Virus record (IMG/VR): IMGVR_UViG_3300045988_091431
From: a virus
DNA: 29,377 nucleotides
Strand: one strand, 5' to 3'
A model generated the notes under the pieces. That model had not been told where the DNA came from. It ran no database searches and saw only the letters and a program-made list of their open reading frames with translations. The number at the start of each line of letters is the position of its first letter. The stretch's first letter is position 1. This document shows, in pieces, positions 7,745 to 15,539 of this stretch. The position numbers and the translations under genes are program-made.

Positions 7745-7778
7745 CTAGAATCGATCAGAATTGCTTGGGGGTATGAAT
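7745..7778 (+). promoter_or_regulatory. CTAGAATCGA box followed by the -10-like TATGAAT (7772-7778). Candidate early promoter or operator 1
   Basis: 10-mer CTAGAATCGA at 7745-7754 recurs at 8053-8062. Each copy lies ~20 nt upstream of a -10-like hexamer. Confidence 0.25.
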
Positions 7779-8052
7779 ACCTAGCCCCCACCCTGCAAGG
7801 CGCTCCTAGGCGTACCCCTGAGGCTTTAAACGGCATTTCTGGGCTACACCCTCCACGCCAGATCGACAGAGTGGCCTTGGGGGTGCACACCATACTAGGC
7901 GAATGTGGCCTATCTCACACAGTATGAGGGTGTGGATTCCATGCCCAGATCTGACACCTCGACCCCCGCCATGAAAGCCAAGGTAGATCTGCCGGGTCAT
8001 CTACCGGACCTGCTATCACCCAGACATACCCCTGAGACGCCCTAGAAGGCCC

Positions 8053-8086
8053 CTAGAATCGACTACCAGGGTCAACCCTGCATAAT
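8053..8086 (+). promoter_or_regulatory. CTAGAATCGA box followed by the -10-like CATAAT (8081-8086). Candidate early promoter or operator 2, ~185 nt upstream of the first early gene
   Basis: Same 10-mer as at 7745. Downstream leader contains ACACTCTAG x2 (8152, 8217) and the palindrome GTGAC-atcc-GTCAC (8134-8147). Confidence 0.25.
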
Positions 8087-8253
8087 CCTACCCCCAGAGG
8101 ATTTGAGGCGCTGAGAGAGGCAATAAAGGCTTAAGTGACATCCGTCACACCCAACACTCTAGCATGAAACGCTCAATCCGAATGAGCGAAGCATTGACTG
8201 TGGGGTCGCAACCTACACACTCTAGAAACCACAACAACCCCCACAACCACCGA

Positions 8254-8276
8254 AAGGAGCACACACACCATGGATG
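8254..8276 (+). promoter_or_regulatory. Start-associated cassette AAGGAGCACACACACC-ATGGATG (copy 1)
   Basis: 23-nt identity with 10112-10134. Confidence 0.6.
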
Positions 8277-8578
8277 GCGCACTCATCACCCCATCCTTCA
8301 CCAGCCTCTACGGGCAGACAGAAATCAACCCACTCCACCCCACACACCTGGTAGGATGTGACATAGGCAACACCCACACGTCTATCATCTGCCGCCTGCA
8401 CCGTGCCAAAGTCGAGGAAGCCGTACGGCTCATCCGGCCCCTGTGGACTGTCACCCTCGACGGTGCCATATACGGACCCCAGGACTGGCAGCCACTCACC
8501 GCGGATGAGGCCGAGGAACTCCACGACATGATCGACACGATCGACGTCGACGCCATCATTGCCGAAGCCACACGATAA
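8270..8578 (+). CDS. Hypothetical early protein (102 aa), paralog of the next gene
   Basis: ATG with AAGGAG 10 nt upstream. Shares ...LDGAIYGPQDWQPLTADEAEEL... with ...SDGTVFSHNEWKPLTGGEATQL... of 8610-8921. Confidence 0.65.
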   Translation: MDGALITPSFTSLYGQTEINPLHPTHLVGCDIGNTHTSIICRLHRAKVEEAVRLIRPLWTVTLDGAIYGPQDWQPLTADEAEELHDMIDTIDVDAIIAEATR

Positions 8579-8609
8579 AAACCATCCACACACCAGAAAG
8601 GAACCCGTC

Positions 8610-8921
8610 ATGCAAAAGATCGCCAACCACTTCACCCAGCTCTACACCCCCGCCAGCTACGACTGCCCCACACCCTTCGACCTGACACGCCTCGAAAACC
8701 TCTCCTGCGACCACATGGATTTTGAGGGCCTCGCCGAAGCCTACCGGCAGAGCGTGGAAGCCGAACTCCACAAGCTGCGCCCCAACACATTCATCGCATC
8801 CGATGGCACCGTGTTCAGCCACAACGAGTGGAAGCCGCTCACCGGCGGGGAAGCCACGCAACTCTACTGGAATGTGAGCCGCATCAATGTTGGCCACCTC
8901 CTCACCCTGTACAGCCGATAA
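8610..8921 (+). CDS. Hypothetical early protein (103 aa), tandem paralog of 8270-8578
   Basis: ATG at 8610 with AAAGGAAC upstream (the ORF track's earlier TTG at 8559 is unlikely). Sequence similarity to the upstream gene. Confidence 0.65.
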   Translation: MQKIANHFTQLYTPASYDCPTPFDLTRLENLSCDHMDFEGLAEAYRQSVEAELHKLRPNTFIASDGTVFSHNEWKPLTGGEATQLYWNVSRINVGHLLTLYSR

Positions 8922-9041
8922 AACCCATAGCCACACACGAATCGCTCACAATCGTTGAGCGCAGCCTTGACACGAGGTCCAGTCACTGGAAGTATTGATC
9001 ATGTCAGCAACGAACAACACCCCGGAAAGGGGACAACAGTC

Positions 9042-9575
9042 ATGAACAAGAAAAACGGCTACACCATCGCCGGAATCACAGCCGCCATCATTGCCGCCGC
9101 CTCATTCATGCCAGCCCCAGACGACAATCCGCCACTCGCCTCACAACCAGCCCCACAAGCCACCACAGCCAACACCGAATGGACCCCCAAAACCGTCCAA
9201 CAGCGCAAAGCCGAAAAGAAAGCACGGCAGGCAGCCGCAGAACAGTCACTGCGAGCCGAACAGCAGAAAGCCCACAAGCAAGCCCAAGCAAGGGGTGAAG
9301 AAACCTCACAAGGTCTCACCATGATCACCGCCGCCCACACCTGCAACCGCAAAGCCGAACAACAGGCCGCAGCACACGGTGTCAAATGGAACGGCAACCC
9401 CGACATCGACCTCCAACTCCACAAAATTATTGGCAAAGACACCTTCTCCATCGTCTACGGCGCCACCGTCCGCCAGCCGGGAGCATCCAAACTACCCGTC
9501 ACCGTCCACTGCCTCGTCACCGGAACAGAAGACCACCCGCACGTCACCGACCTCAACATCAACCCGCAACAGTAA
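9042..9575 (+). CDS. Membrane-anchored hypothetical protein (177 aa) with an N-terminal TM helix (GYTIAGITAAIIAAASFM) and a lysine/alanine/glutamine-rich linker
   Basis: ATG at 9042 with GGAAAGGGGA 8 nt upstream. The ORF-track extension to 8955 relies on a TTG with no RBS. Confidence 0.6.
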   Translation: MNKKNGYTIAGITAAIIAAASFMPAPDDNPPLASQPAPQATTANTEWTPKTVQQRKAEKKARQAAAEQSLRAEQQKAHKQAQARGEETSQGLTMITAAHTCNRKAEQQAAAHGVKWNGNPDIDLQLHKIIGKDTFSIVYGATVRQPGASKLPVTVHCLVTGTEDHPHVTDLNINPQQ

Positions 9576-9597
9576 CCCGCCAAGGAGCATCCCCGCT

Positions 9598-9825
9598 ATG
9601 CCTCTCCTATCCCACTACGCTGTCACCACCGGACTCGCCGACACGGCACACATTATTCACCACACCGGCGGCACACTACGCACAGCCACCGATATTGCCT
9701 CCCGCATCAACACCCTCAACCCAGACATTGATCTCGACCACGAAATCCACCAACTGTTATCTATCGAAACCAACCTGTACAACATTTATAAAACCATCAA
9801 CACCATTCTTCAGGAGCAAGCATGA
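9598..9825 (+). CDS. Hypothetical protein (75 aa)
   Basis: Internal ATG of the 9379-9825 ORF with AAGGAG 8 nt upstream. Stop overlaps the next start (ATGA). Confidence 0.5.
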   Translation: MPLLSHYAVTTGLADTAHIIHHTGGTLRTATDIASRINTLNPDIDLDHEIHQLLSIETNLYNIYKTINTILQEQA

Positions 9826-10022
9826 ACACACCCAACAACATTGAGCTACACAGCTACGAAACGTTCTTCACCACACTGGCATGGATACAAGGCGCCATCA
9901 TCACATGGATGTACGCCACCGGCACCCCACACAAGGCAGCCCTCGCCATTATTGCCGCATGCGCCCTCACCACCCTCCTAGGAGCCTCAACCCTCACCAA
10001 CAATCCCCGAGACACTAAATGA
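9822..10022 (+). CDS. Small membrane protein (66 aa, two predicted TM segments)
   Basis: AGGAGCAAGC-ATG. Hydrophobic segments TLAWIQGAIITWMYA and AALAIIAACALTTLLGA. Confidence 0.5.
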   Translation: MNTPNNIELHSYETFFTTLAWIQGAIITWMYATGTPHKAALAIIAACALTTLLGASTLTNNPRDTK

Positions 10023-10105
10023 TCACAACACCCATACTTATTGCTGAAACCCTCGCCATCATTATTCTCGCCGTCGCCCTAGCCCATAACCCCAACCAGT
10101 AACCC
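10019..10105 (+). CDS. Possible 28-aa hydrophobic micropeptide (MITTPILIAETLAIIILAVALAHNPNQ)
   Basis: ATGA overlap with the upstream stop and a single TM-like segment. It is below the ORF-track cutoff and I translated it by hand. Confidence 0.2.
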
Positions 10106-10111
10106 ACACTC

Positions 10112-10134
10112 AAGGAGCACACACACCATGGATG
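10112..10134 (+). promoter_or_regulatory. Start-associated cassette AAGGAGCACACACACC-ATGGATG (copy 2)
   Basis: 23-nt identity with 8254-8276. Confidence 0.6.
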
Positions 10135-10487
10135 AACCAACCAGCATGTACACCGACCCTGATACTGGTGCCCGAAAAGAATTGAAACTTTGCAGGCTAT
10201 CCCTCATCGACCCTACAGCCTTGCACGCCCTCGGCACCGTGGCAGGCTACGGTGCCACCAAATACGGCGACAACAACTGGACCGGCGGCTACCCGTGGAG
10301 CCACAGTGTCGACGCCCTCTACAGGCACCTGCTATCATGGCAGCAAGGAAACAACCTCGATGATGAATCCGGGCTACCCCACCTGGCCCATGCTGCCTGG
10401 CACTGCCTCGCACTCCTCGCCTACCAGCAACACGATGCCGGGGTAGACACCCGCAACCCATGGAACACCCACAAAGGCGACAAGTAA
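10128..10487 (+). CDS. Conserved-looking hypothetical protein (119 aa) with a KYG-NW...ESGLPHLAHAAWH motif. It possibly resembles the N-terminal domain of phage dNTP-diphosphohydrolase-like proteins, but the assignment is unverified
   Basis: Identical 23-nt RBS/start cassette to gene 8270. The motif is read from the translation; the family assignment is from memory only. Confidence 0.6.
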   Translation: MDEPTSMYTDPDTGARKELKLCRLSLIDPTALHALGTVAGYGATKYGDNNWTGGYPWSHSVDALYRHLLSWQQGNNLDDESGLPHLAHAAWHCLALLAYQQHDAGVDTRNPWNTHKGDK

Positions 10488-11428
10488 TGCCTCTAGCACA
10501 ATACCCGAAAACCATCCACCATCCAGGCCACATCTCCTACAGTTCACTCACCCAGTGGGCCGAATGCGGAGAAAAATGGCGCCTCTCACACGGCTACCAC
10601 ACCCAACACCACACCTGGTACGCCACCATCGCCGGAAGCGCCATACACCACATCACCGAACAATACGACCTACACCTGTACAATCCCGCCGAATACCCTG
10701 CACTGCCAGACAAACTCTCATCCTTCAAAAACATTTTCGACACCCAAGTCGCCCTCGCCGAATCCGAAGGCACAGAAATCAAACCCTCCGGCAGGGTGTG
10801 CAAAAACATGTGCGAGTCGGGCGGGCCACACAAAAAAGACTACAATTGGTGGATGATATACGGCCCCACCTTTGTGGACAGGTGGAAAAACTGGAGGCGC
10901 AACCACCCAGAATACATCACCGCTGTTATTGACGGCCAGCCAGGCATCGAATACCCGGTAGAAACCACCCTCGACGACGGCACCCAGATCGTTGGCTACA
11001 TCGACCGCGTTTTCACCGACACCGACACTGGCGAAACCTTCATTCTCGACCTCAAAACCGGACGCCTACCCGCCGACAGTATGCAGCTGCACACATACCG
11101 GTACATGCTCAACCAACACGGCATCCATGTCACGAAAGGCATGTTTTGGACACCCGCCACCACCAAGGGAGACGAGCAATCGGTCGAACAGGGCACATCC
11201 ACCGAACTCTACGATCTTGACAACAACACCTACCGGCATGTATCATCCATGTACAGTCAAGCAATGAAAGGAATCAGCCAAGGCATCTTCGTCCCACACG
11301 TCACAGCACTCTGCAAAGGCTGCCCCTTCAAGGACGCCTGCTGGGCTGTCAACGGGAAAGACGCCTACAGGTACCCTATAGAAACCACCATCACAGCCCC
11401 AACAAAAGAAAGCAAGGAGCACCAGTGA
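10487..11428 (+). CDS. Cas4/RecB-family PD-(D/E)XK exonuclease with an Fe-S cysteine cluster (about 313 aa)
   Basis: YIDRV...ILDLKTG (D...D-x-K core), QLHTYRYM (QxxxY), one N-terminal Cys (AECGEKW) and C-terminal CKGCPFKDAC. The ATG at 10487 overlaps the upstream stop (TAATG). Confidence 0.8.
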   Translation: MPLAQYPKTIHHPGHISYSSLTQWAECGEKWRLSHGYHTQHHTWYATIAGSAIHHITEQYDLHLYNPAEYPALPDKLSSFKNIFDTQVALAESEGTEIKPSGRVCKNMCESGGPHKKDYNWWMIYGPTFVDRWKNWRRNHPEYITAVIDGQPGIEYPVETTLDDGTQIVGYIDRVFTDTDTGETFILDLKTGRLPADSMQLHTYRYMLNQHGIHVTKGMFWTPATTKGDEQSVEQGTSTELYDLDNNTYRHVSSMYSQAMKGISQGIFVPHVTALCKGCPFKDACWAVNGKDAYRYPIETTITAPTKESKEHQ

Positions 11429-11829
11429 CCGACAACACAGACGACGACCGATTCACCGTCACCCTCAAATACGGAGGCGACTACGCCGCACCCTGGACCG
11501 TCATCCGCGGAGACACCGCCGACCAGGTAAAGAAGACTATCATCGACCTGCTAGGCGGACTCAAAAACAGCTCCGCGGCAAGGAACTGGGACCTGGCAAC
11601 ACTGATCGCCACAGCATCCATCATCCTCCAAGACCGATACAACCAGGCCGCCAAAGACTACGTAGACAACATCGCCTCAGAAGGAAACAACACCATCATC
11701 GACCAGATCAACAATGCCACAAGCAAGGCACAGCTAGCCGACCTCCTCAAACAGTACAAGAAGACCATCACTAGTAACAGTGACGTGTCAGAGGCGTTCC
11801 GCACTAAACGAAACAGCCTCACCCGATAA
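11425..11829 (+). CDS. Hypothetical protein (134 aa)
   Basis: GTG start overlapping the upstream stop (GTGA), AAGGAG 5 nt upstream. Confidence 0.55.
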   Translation: MTDNTDDDRFTVTLKYGGDYAAPWTVIRGDTADQVKKTIIDLLGGLKNSSAARNWDLATLIATASIILQDRYNQAAKDYVDNIASEGNNTIIDQINNATSKAQLADLLKQYKKTITSNSDVSEAFRTKRNSLTR

Positions 11830-11880
11830 AAACCGACACAAACCAACAAACAAAACAACACAAACAGTAAAGGAAACAAC

Positions 11881-12352
11881 AATGGGACTCGCAAACTACC
11901 GCAACAACAGCAACAGCACCTTCTTCAACCCATCCCGAAACCAGGACGCTACCGCCATCGCCTTCAAAATCCGCGACGTCCAGCACAACACCGAAGGCTA
12001 CGGCGGACAGGTCGCCGATCGCATCTACGCCGACGTGACCATCTTCCACACCCTAGACGACCTCAACAACGGCACCCCAGAAACCATCCCCAACGCTATT
12101 ATCGAGAAAGCACGCGGCAACAACAACCGCCCACACTCCATGATCCGCGACCTCGAAGCCTACCTTGGCGAAGAACAAGCCTTCAAACTCGCCACCGTGC
12201 GCACCAAAAACGGCTTCAACGCGGTCGTGCTCAAACCCCTCGATGACGCCATCTACGATAAGGTTGCCGAATACGTAGACAAGCGCGACACCGGCCAGCT
12301 AGACGACACCACAGCCCCTGCTGATGCTGACATCGATATCGACTCCATCTGA
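11881..12352 (+). CDS. Hypothetical protein (157 aa) with an acidic C-terminal tail (DDTTAPADADIDIDSI)
   Basis: ATG at 11881 with AAAGGAAACAACA upstream (the ORF-track start at 11780 has no RBS). It follows an AC-rich spacer. Confidence 0.6.
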
Positions 12353-12398
12353 CCACCAAAACATCATCCAACCGATAGACAGATAGATTAAGGCTCCG

Positions 12399-13352
12399 AT
12401 GCTCTCTCTCCAACGATCCTTCGAGAGAGCCTCCCAAACAGCCGCCGAACTGCCCCGCATACCACAACTAGAACCCCTCTACCGCAACCTGGACATGCAC
12501 ATTCACAAAGGGGATCTCGTCATGATCGCGGGGCGGTCCGGCAGCCAAAAATCCGGGCTAGCCATGTTCATCACCGCCATGCTCAACCAGCCCGCCCTCT
12601 ACATATCAGGGGACATGACACCCTGGGAGGCCTCCACACGAATCATCTCACTCAACACCCAACACACCACCGCCCAGATACAACAAAACATCGACGACTA
12701 CGGGCCAGAATACTATCGAGACAGCATCCACCACGGCCAACACATCACATTCTCATTCCAGTCACCCATCACATGGACAGACATCACCATGGAACTGCAA
12801 GCCTACATGGAAATGTGGAACACCTTCCCACCACTCATTGTTATCGACAATCTGATGGACATTCAAGACTGCGAATCCGACTATCAGGCCCAGCAAGAAG
12901 CCATGCAATGGATCACAGCATTAGGCAGGGACACGGGCTCCACCATTATTGTCACACACCACGCAACCGACAAAACCGGCTCCGACATAGAACACCCCCC
13001 GGCTAGGCGGGAAATCAAAAACGGCCTCTCCGAAAAACCACAACTCATATTGGGAGTCTCCCTGTATGGTGGCGAAGATAACGGCAACGGGCTCACCATC
13101 CCCGCCGAGGCACGCATCGCCGTACTCAAACAGCGCACCGGCAAATCCAGCCCAGACGGAACACGATACGAAAGACTCAGAGCCTACCCCGAATACACAT
13201 TCTTCGGACCACTCGCCGAAAAACAGCCATGGAACATGACCGAACACCACAAAGGACTATCATGTCGACACAACAGTCACGCAACCGCCGGGCCGGCGCA
13301 GAATGGGAAACACGACTCCTCCACCAGCTACGCGACACCGGCTATGATATAG
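12399..13352 (+). CDS. DnaB-like replicative helicase, RecA-fold ATPase domain only (317 aa)
   Basis: Walker A GRSGSQKSG and Walker B LIVIDNLMD. The last ~30 codons overlap the next gene out of frame. Confidence 0.75.
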   Translation: MLSLQRSFERASQTAAELPRIPQLEPLYRNLDMHIHKGDLVMIAGRSGSQKSGLAMFITAMLNQPALYISGDMTPWEASTRIISLNTQHTTAQIQQNIDDYGPEYYRDSIHHGQHITFSFQSPITWTDITMELQAYMEMWNTFPPLIVIDNLMDIQDCESDYQAQQEAMQWITALGRDTGSTIIVTHHATDKTGSDIEHPPARREIKNGLSEKPQLILGVSLYGGEDNGNGLTIPAEARIAVLKQRTGKSSPDGTRYERLRAYPEYTFFGPLAEKQPWNMTEHHKGLSCRHNSHATAGPAQNGKHDSSTSYATPAMI

Positions 13353-13618
13353 AACGCCTCCACCTCAACGGCCGCGAAGACGAAGGCGACCTCATCCTCA
13401 CAACCGGCAACAAAACATATGTGATCGAAGCCAAAGCCGGACAACCCCACCTAGCCCAATTCGTGAAACAAGCCAGCCGGGAAGCACGCAACTACGAAAC
13501 ACACCGAAACAAACAAAACAATTCCACCATCGGACTCGTCATCATGAAACAGCGCAACAAACCCTGGAGCGAAGCCTATGTGGTATCAACCCTCAACGAG
13601 CTCCTCCCACACCTCTGA
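13262..13618 (+). CDS. Hjc-like / PD-(D/E)XK Holliday-junction-resolvase-type endonuclease (118 aa)
   Basis: AGAEWE ... DEGDLIL ... VIEAKAG (E...D...E-x-K). ATG at 13262 with AAAGGA upstream. Overlaps the helicase 3' end by 91 nt. Confidence 0.55.
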   Translation: MSTQQSRNRRAGAEWETRLLHQLRDTGYDIERLHLNGREDEGDLILTTGNKTYVIEAKAGQPHLAQFVKQASREARNYETHRNKQNNSTIGLVIMKQRNKPWSEAYVVSTLNELLPHL

Positions 13619-13979
13619 CACCCGCCGCCTCCTCGACACCTACCAGATACGGTACAATCCATCCAAGAACGAGCAACACATCCTCTGCCCGTTCCACGAC
13701 GACCACCAGCCCTCCATGAGCATCAACCTCGACAAGGGCGTATGGTACTGCCACACATGCGGCATCGGAGGAGGACTCCACAAACTGAAACAACAATTAG
13801 AGAAAGAAAACCCTAATGTACGACTCACTACAACCCTACAACATTGCGGAACGCCGCCGAATCCAGAAAGCCTCAGCCCTCTACGAAACCCACCTCGAAA
13901 ACATACTCGACCTGCTCTCAGCAAGAGGCATCAGCGAAGAAACAGCCCGGCTCCACCACCTTGGATACATCGACAATGA
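13578..13979 (+). CDS. DNA primase N-terminal zinc-binding domain ORF (CHC2 finger: CPFHDDHQP...WYCHTCGIGGG), frame 0. Only the first ~75 codons look protein-like; the ORF runs to 13979 as low-complexity sequence
   Basis: Classic DnaG zinc-ribbon motif. The downstream Toprim domain is in the +1 frame. Confidence 0.6.
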   Translation: MWYQPSTSSSHTSDTRRLLDTYQIRYNPSKNEQHILCPFHDDHQPSMSINLDKGVWYCHTCGIGGGLHKLKQQLEKENPNVRLTTTLQHCGTPPNPESLSPLRNPPRKHTRPALSKRHQRRNSPAPPPWIHRQ

Positions 13980-14487
13980 CCCCATACCAGGCCACGAAGA
14001 CTACAACCAGTGCATCACCATCCCCTACATGTACCCCGTCTGGGGGGAGCCAGCCGAAATACGAAAAATGCGTTTCCGCTGCTCACTCCAGCATGATTGC
14101 AAAACCCACAACCACCCCAAATATCTAACCCCGGCAGGAGACACAGGCTCCATCTACAACATGGCCGCCATGGCCAACCCGGCAGCCGAAATGCACATTT
14201 GCGAAGGCGAATTCGACTCCATGATCCTCGAACAATGCGGATGGTCGGCCGTAGCACTACCCGGCGCAACCTCGTGGCAAACTTTCTGGACCAAATTTTT
14301 TGAAGGCTACGACCGCATCTACATCTGGTCCGACCCAGACAAAGCAGGCGACCAGATGGCACAAACCCTCCAGACGGCACTCCCCCAAGCCATACACGTA
14401 CCCCTCACTGTCGGGGATGTCACAGACACCTACCTGAAAACAGGCAAAACAGGGTTGACACAAGCACTAGACACAGTGCTACAATAA
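13816..14487 (+). CDS. DNA primase catalytic (Toprim) domain ORF (223 aa), frame +1 relative to the zinc-finger ORF
   Basis: ICEGEFDSM and SDPDKAGD Toprim motifs. ATG at 13816 with a GAGAAAG purine stretch upstream. Confidence 0.75.
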   Translation: MYDSLQPYNIAERRRIQKASALYETHLENILDLLSARGISEETARLHHLGYIDNDPIPGHEDYNQCITIPYMYPVWGEPAEIRKMRFRCSLQHDCKTHNHPKYLTPAGDTGSIYNMAAMANPAAEMHICEGEFDSMILEQCGWSAVALPGATSWQTFWTKFFEGYDRIYIWSDPDKAGDQMAQTLQTALPQAIHVPLTVGDVTDTYLKTGKTGLTQALDTVLQ

Positions 14488-14533
14488 AACCAGACAAACA
14501 AAACATCACTCCAAGAAAGGCATAGAAAACATC

Positions 14534-15091
14534 ATGGACCCCCTCGACACATGCCCCATCCCCGGCCGCCGCGACACCAGCAAAGCCGCCAGGAGGCGTA
14601 TCCGCCTCGCCATCTGTGCAGAAAAATGGGCCGACGGCGTGGACCCACTCCACATCATGCACACCTGGGGCACCACCTATGATGGGATGCGATCCATGAT
14701 CCGCGCCAACCCCGACATTAGGCTACCCGACGACATGGCAAAACGGTTACACAAAATCTGCCGGGAAGCCTACCCCAAAAACCAGCCCAACAGGCACCGA
14801 AGCGGATGGGACCAATACGAAAAACAGTACTACACGGAGGAAATACTATTCCTCAACTCCTTCAACGTGCCAGCCCTCGAAATCCTTAACCGGCTCGACG
14901 TCTCGTGGACCATGTGGAAACACATCATCAACGAACAACACCTGACACGTTTACAGCAGGAAACCGACAACGCCTGCCAATGGGCAAACCTGCGAAAACA
15001 GCACCCCGACAAAACGGATCAGGAAATCACCCAGATGATGTACAGTAACCAAGTAACGTTCAGCAAGGTGATGAAAACCATACCCGCATAA
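14534..15091 (+). CDS. Hypothetical protein (185 aa)
   Basis: ATG with AAGAAAGG upstream, follows an AC-rich spacer. No recognisable motif. Confidence 0.6.
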   Translation: MDPLDTCPIPGRRDTSKAARRRIRLAICAEKWADGVDPLHIMHTWGTTYDGMRSMIRANPDIRLPDDMAKRLHKICREAYPKNQPNRHRSGWDQYEKQYYTEEILFLNSFNVPALEILNRLDVSWTMWKHIINEQHLTRLQQETDNACQWANLRKQHPDKTDQEITQMMYSNQVTFSKVMKTIPA

Positions 15092-15145
15092 ACATCCATG
15101 ACACCTGCATAGTATTTGCACACTCTTTCACACATAGGAGACATG

Positions 15146-15358
15146 ATGGTAGCCAAAACCCAACACGTGATCGACACGAACGGAAACAACAACGATAAGT
15201 TTCCCGAACACCTACGTGACGTCATATGCGGCCGCGCCATCATCCACAATGCCGGCGAAGTCTCATGGTGCACACGCAAACCAGGACACGACGGCGACTG
15301 CCGCACAGGATGGCAGCCCACCACACAACCCCTAGGACATCATGGCAACCAAAACTGA
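15146..15358 (+). CDS. Small Cys/His-containing hypothetical protein (~70 aa; possibly metal-binding: C...H...C...C)
   Basis: TAGGAGACATG-ATG start. CGRAIIHNAGEVSWCTRKPGHDGDC. Confidence 0.4.
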   Translation: MVAKTQHVIDTNGNNNDKFPEHLRDVICGRAIIHNAGEVSWCTRKPGHDGDCRTGWQPTTQPLGHHGNQN

Positions 15359-15539
15359 AACCCTTATCCAACGCTACGGTGATAAAGCCGCAGACGTGCT
15401 CGCCGACAGGTCTATCCCCGCCACACAGCTAGCCCAAATGCTCACTGAAGCCGGATACCCCATCTCCGCCACCGTCATTAAAGACTATCGCCGCAAACAA
15501 GCCAACACCACCCCACAAACAGAAGAGGAAAACCAGTGA
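15342..15539 (+). CDS. Small helix-turn-helix DNA-binding protein (65 aa)
   Basis: IPATQLAQMLTEAGYPISATVIKDYRRK resembles an HTH. Stop overlaps the next start. Confidence 0.5.
   Translation: MATKTETLIQRYGDKAADVLADRSIPATQLAQMLTEAGYPISATVIKDYRRKQANTTPQTEEENQ

Noticed and set aside
7048-8000. Short ORFs (63-83 aa) inside the non-coding block (7048-7260 minus, 7309-7560 plus, 7694-7927 plus, 7702-7893 minus, 7806-8000 minus)
   Set aside because: No Shine-Dalgarno sequences, they overlap the repeated hairpin and box elements, and the translations are compositionally odd. Treated as non-coding, although a small protein cannot be fully excluded.
8955-9041. N-terminal extension of the membrane-protein ORF from a TTG at 8955
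   Set aside because: No RBS. The ATG at 9042 has GGAAAGGGGA at ideal spacing. A 14-codon ATG ORF at 9001 is a different frame.
13229-13261. Earlier start for the Hjc-like gene
   Set aside because: It would lengthen an already large overlap with the helicase. The ATG at 13262 has an AAAGGA RBS and still includes the catalytic GAEWE motif.
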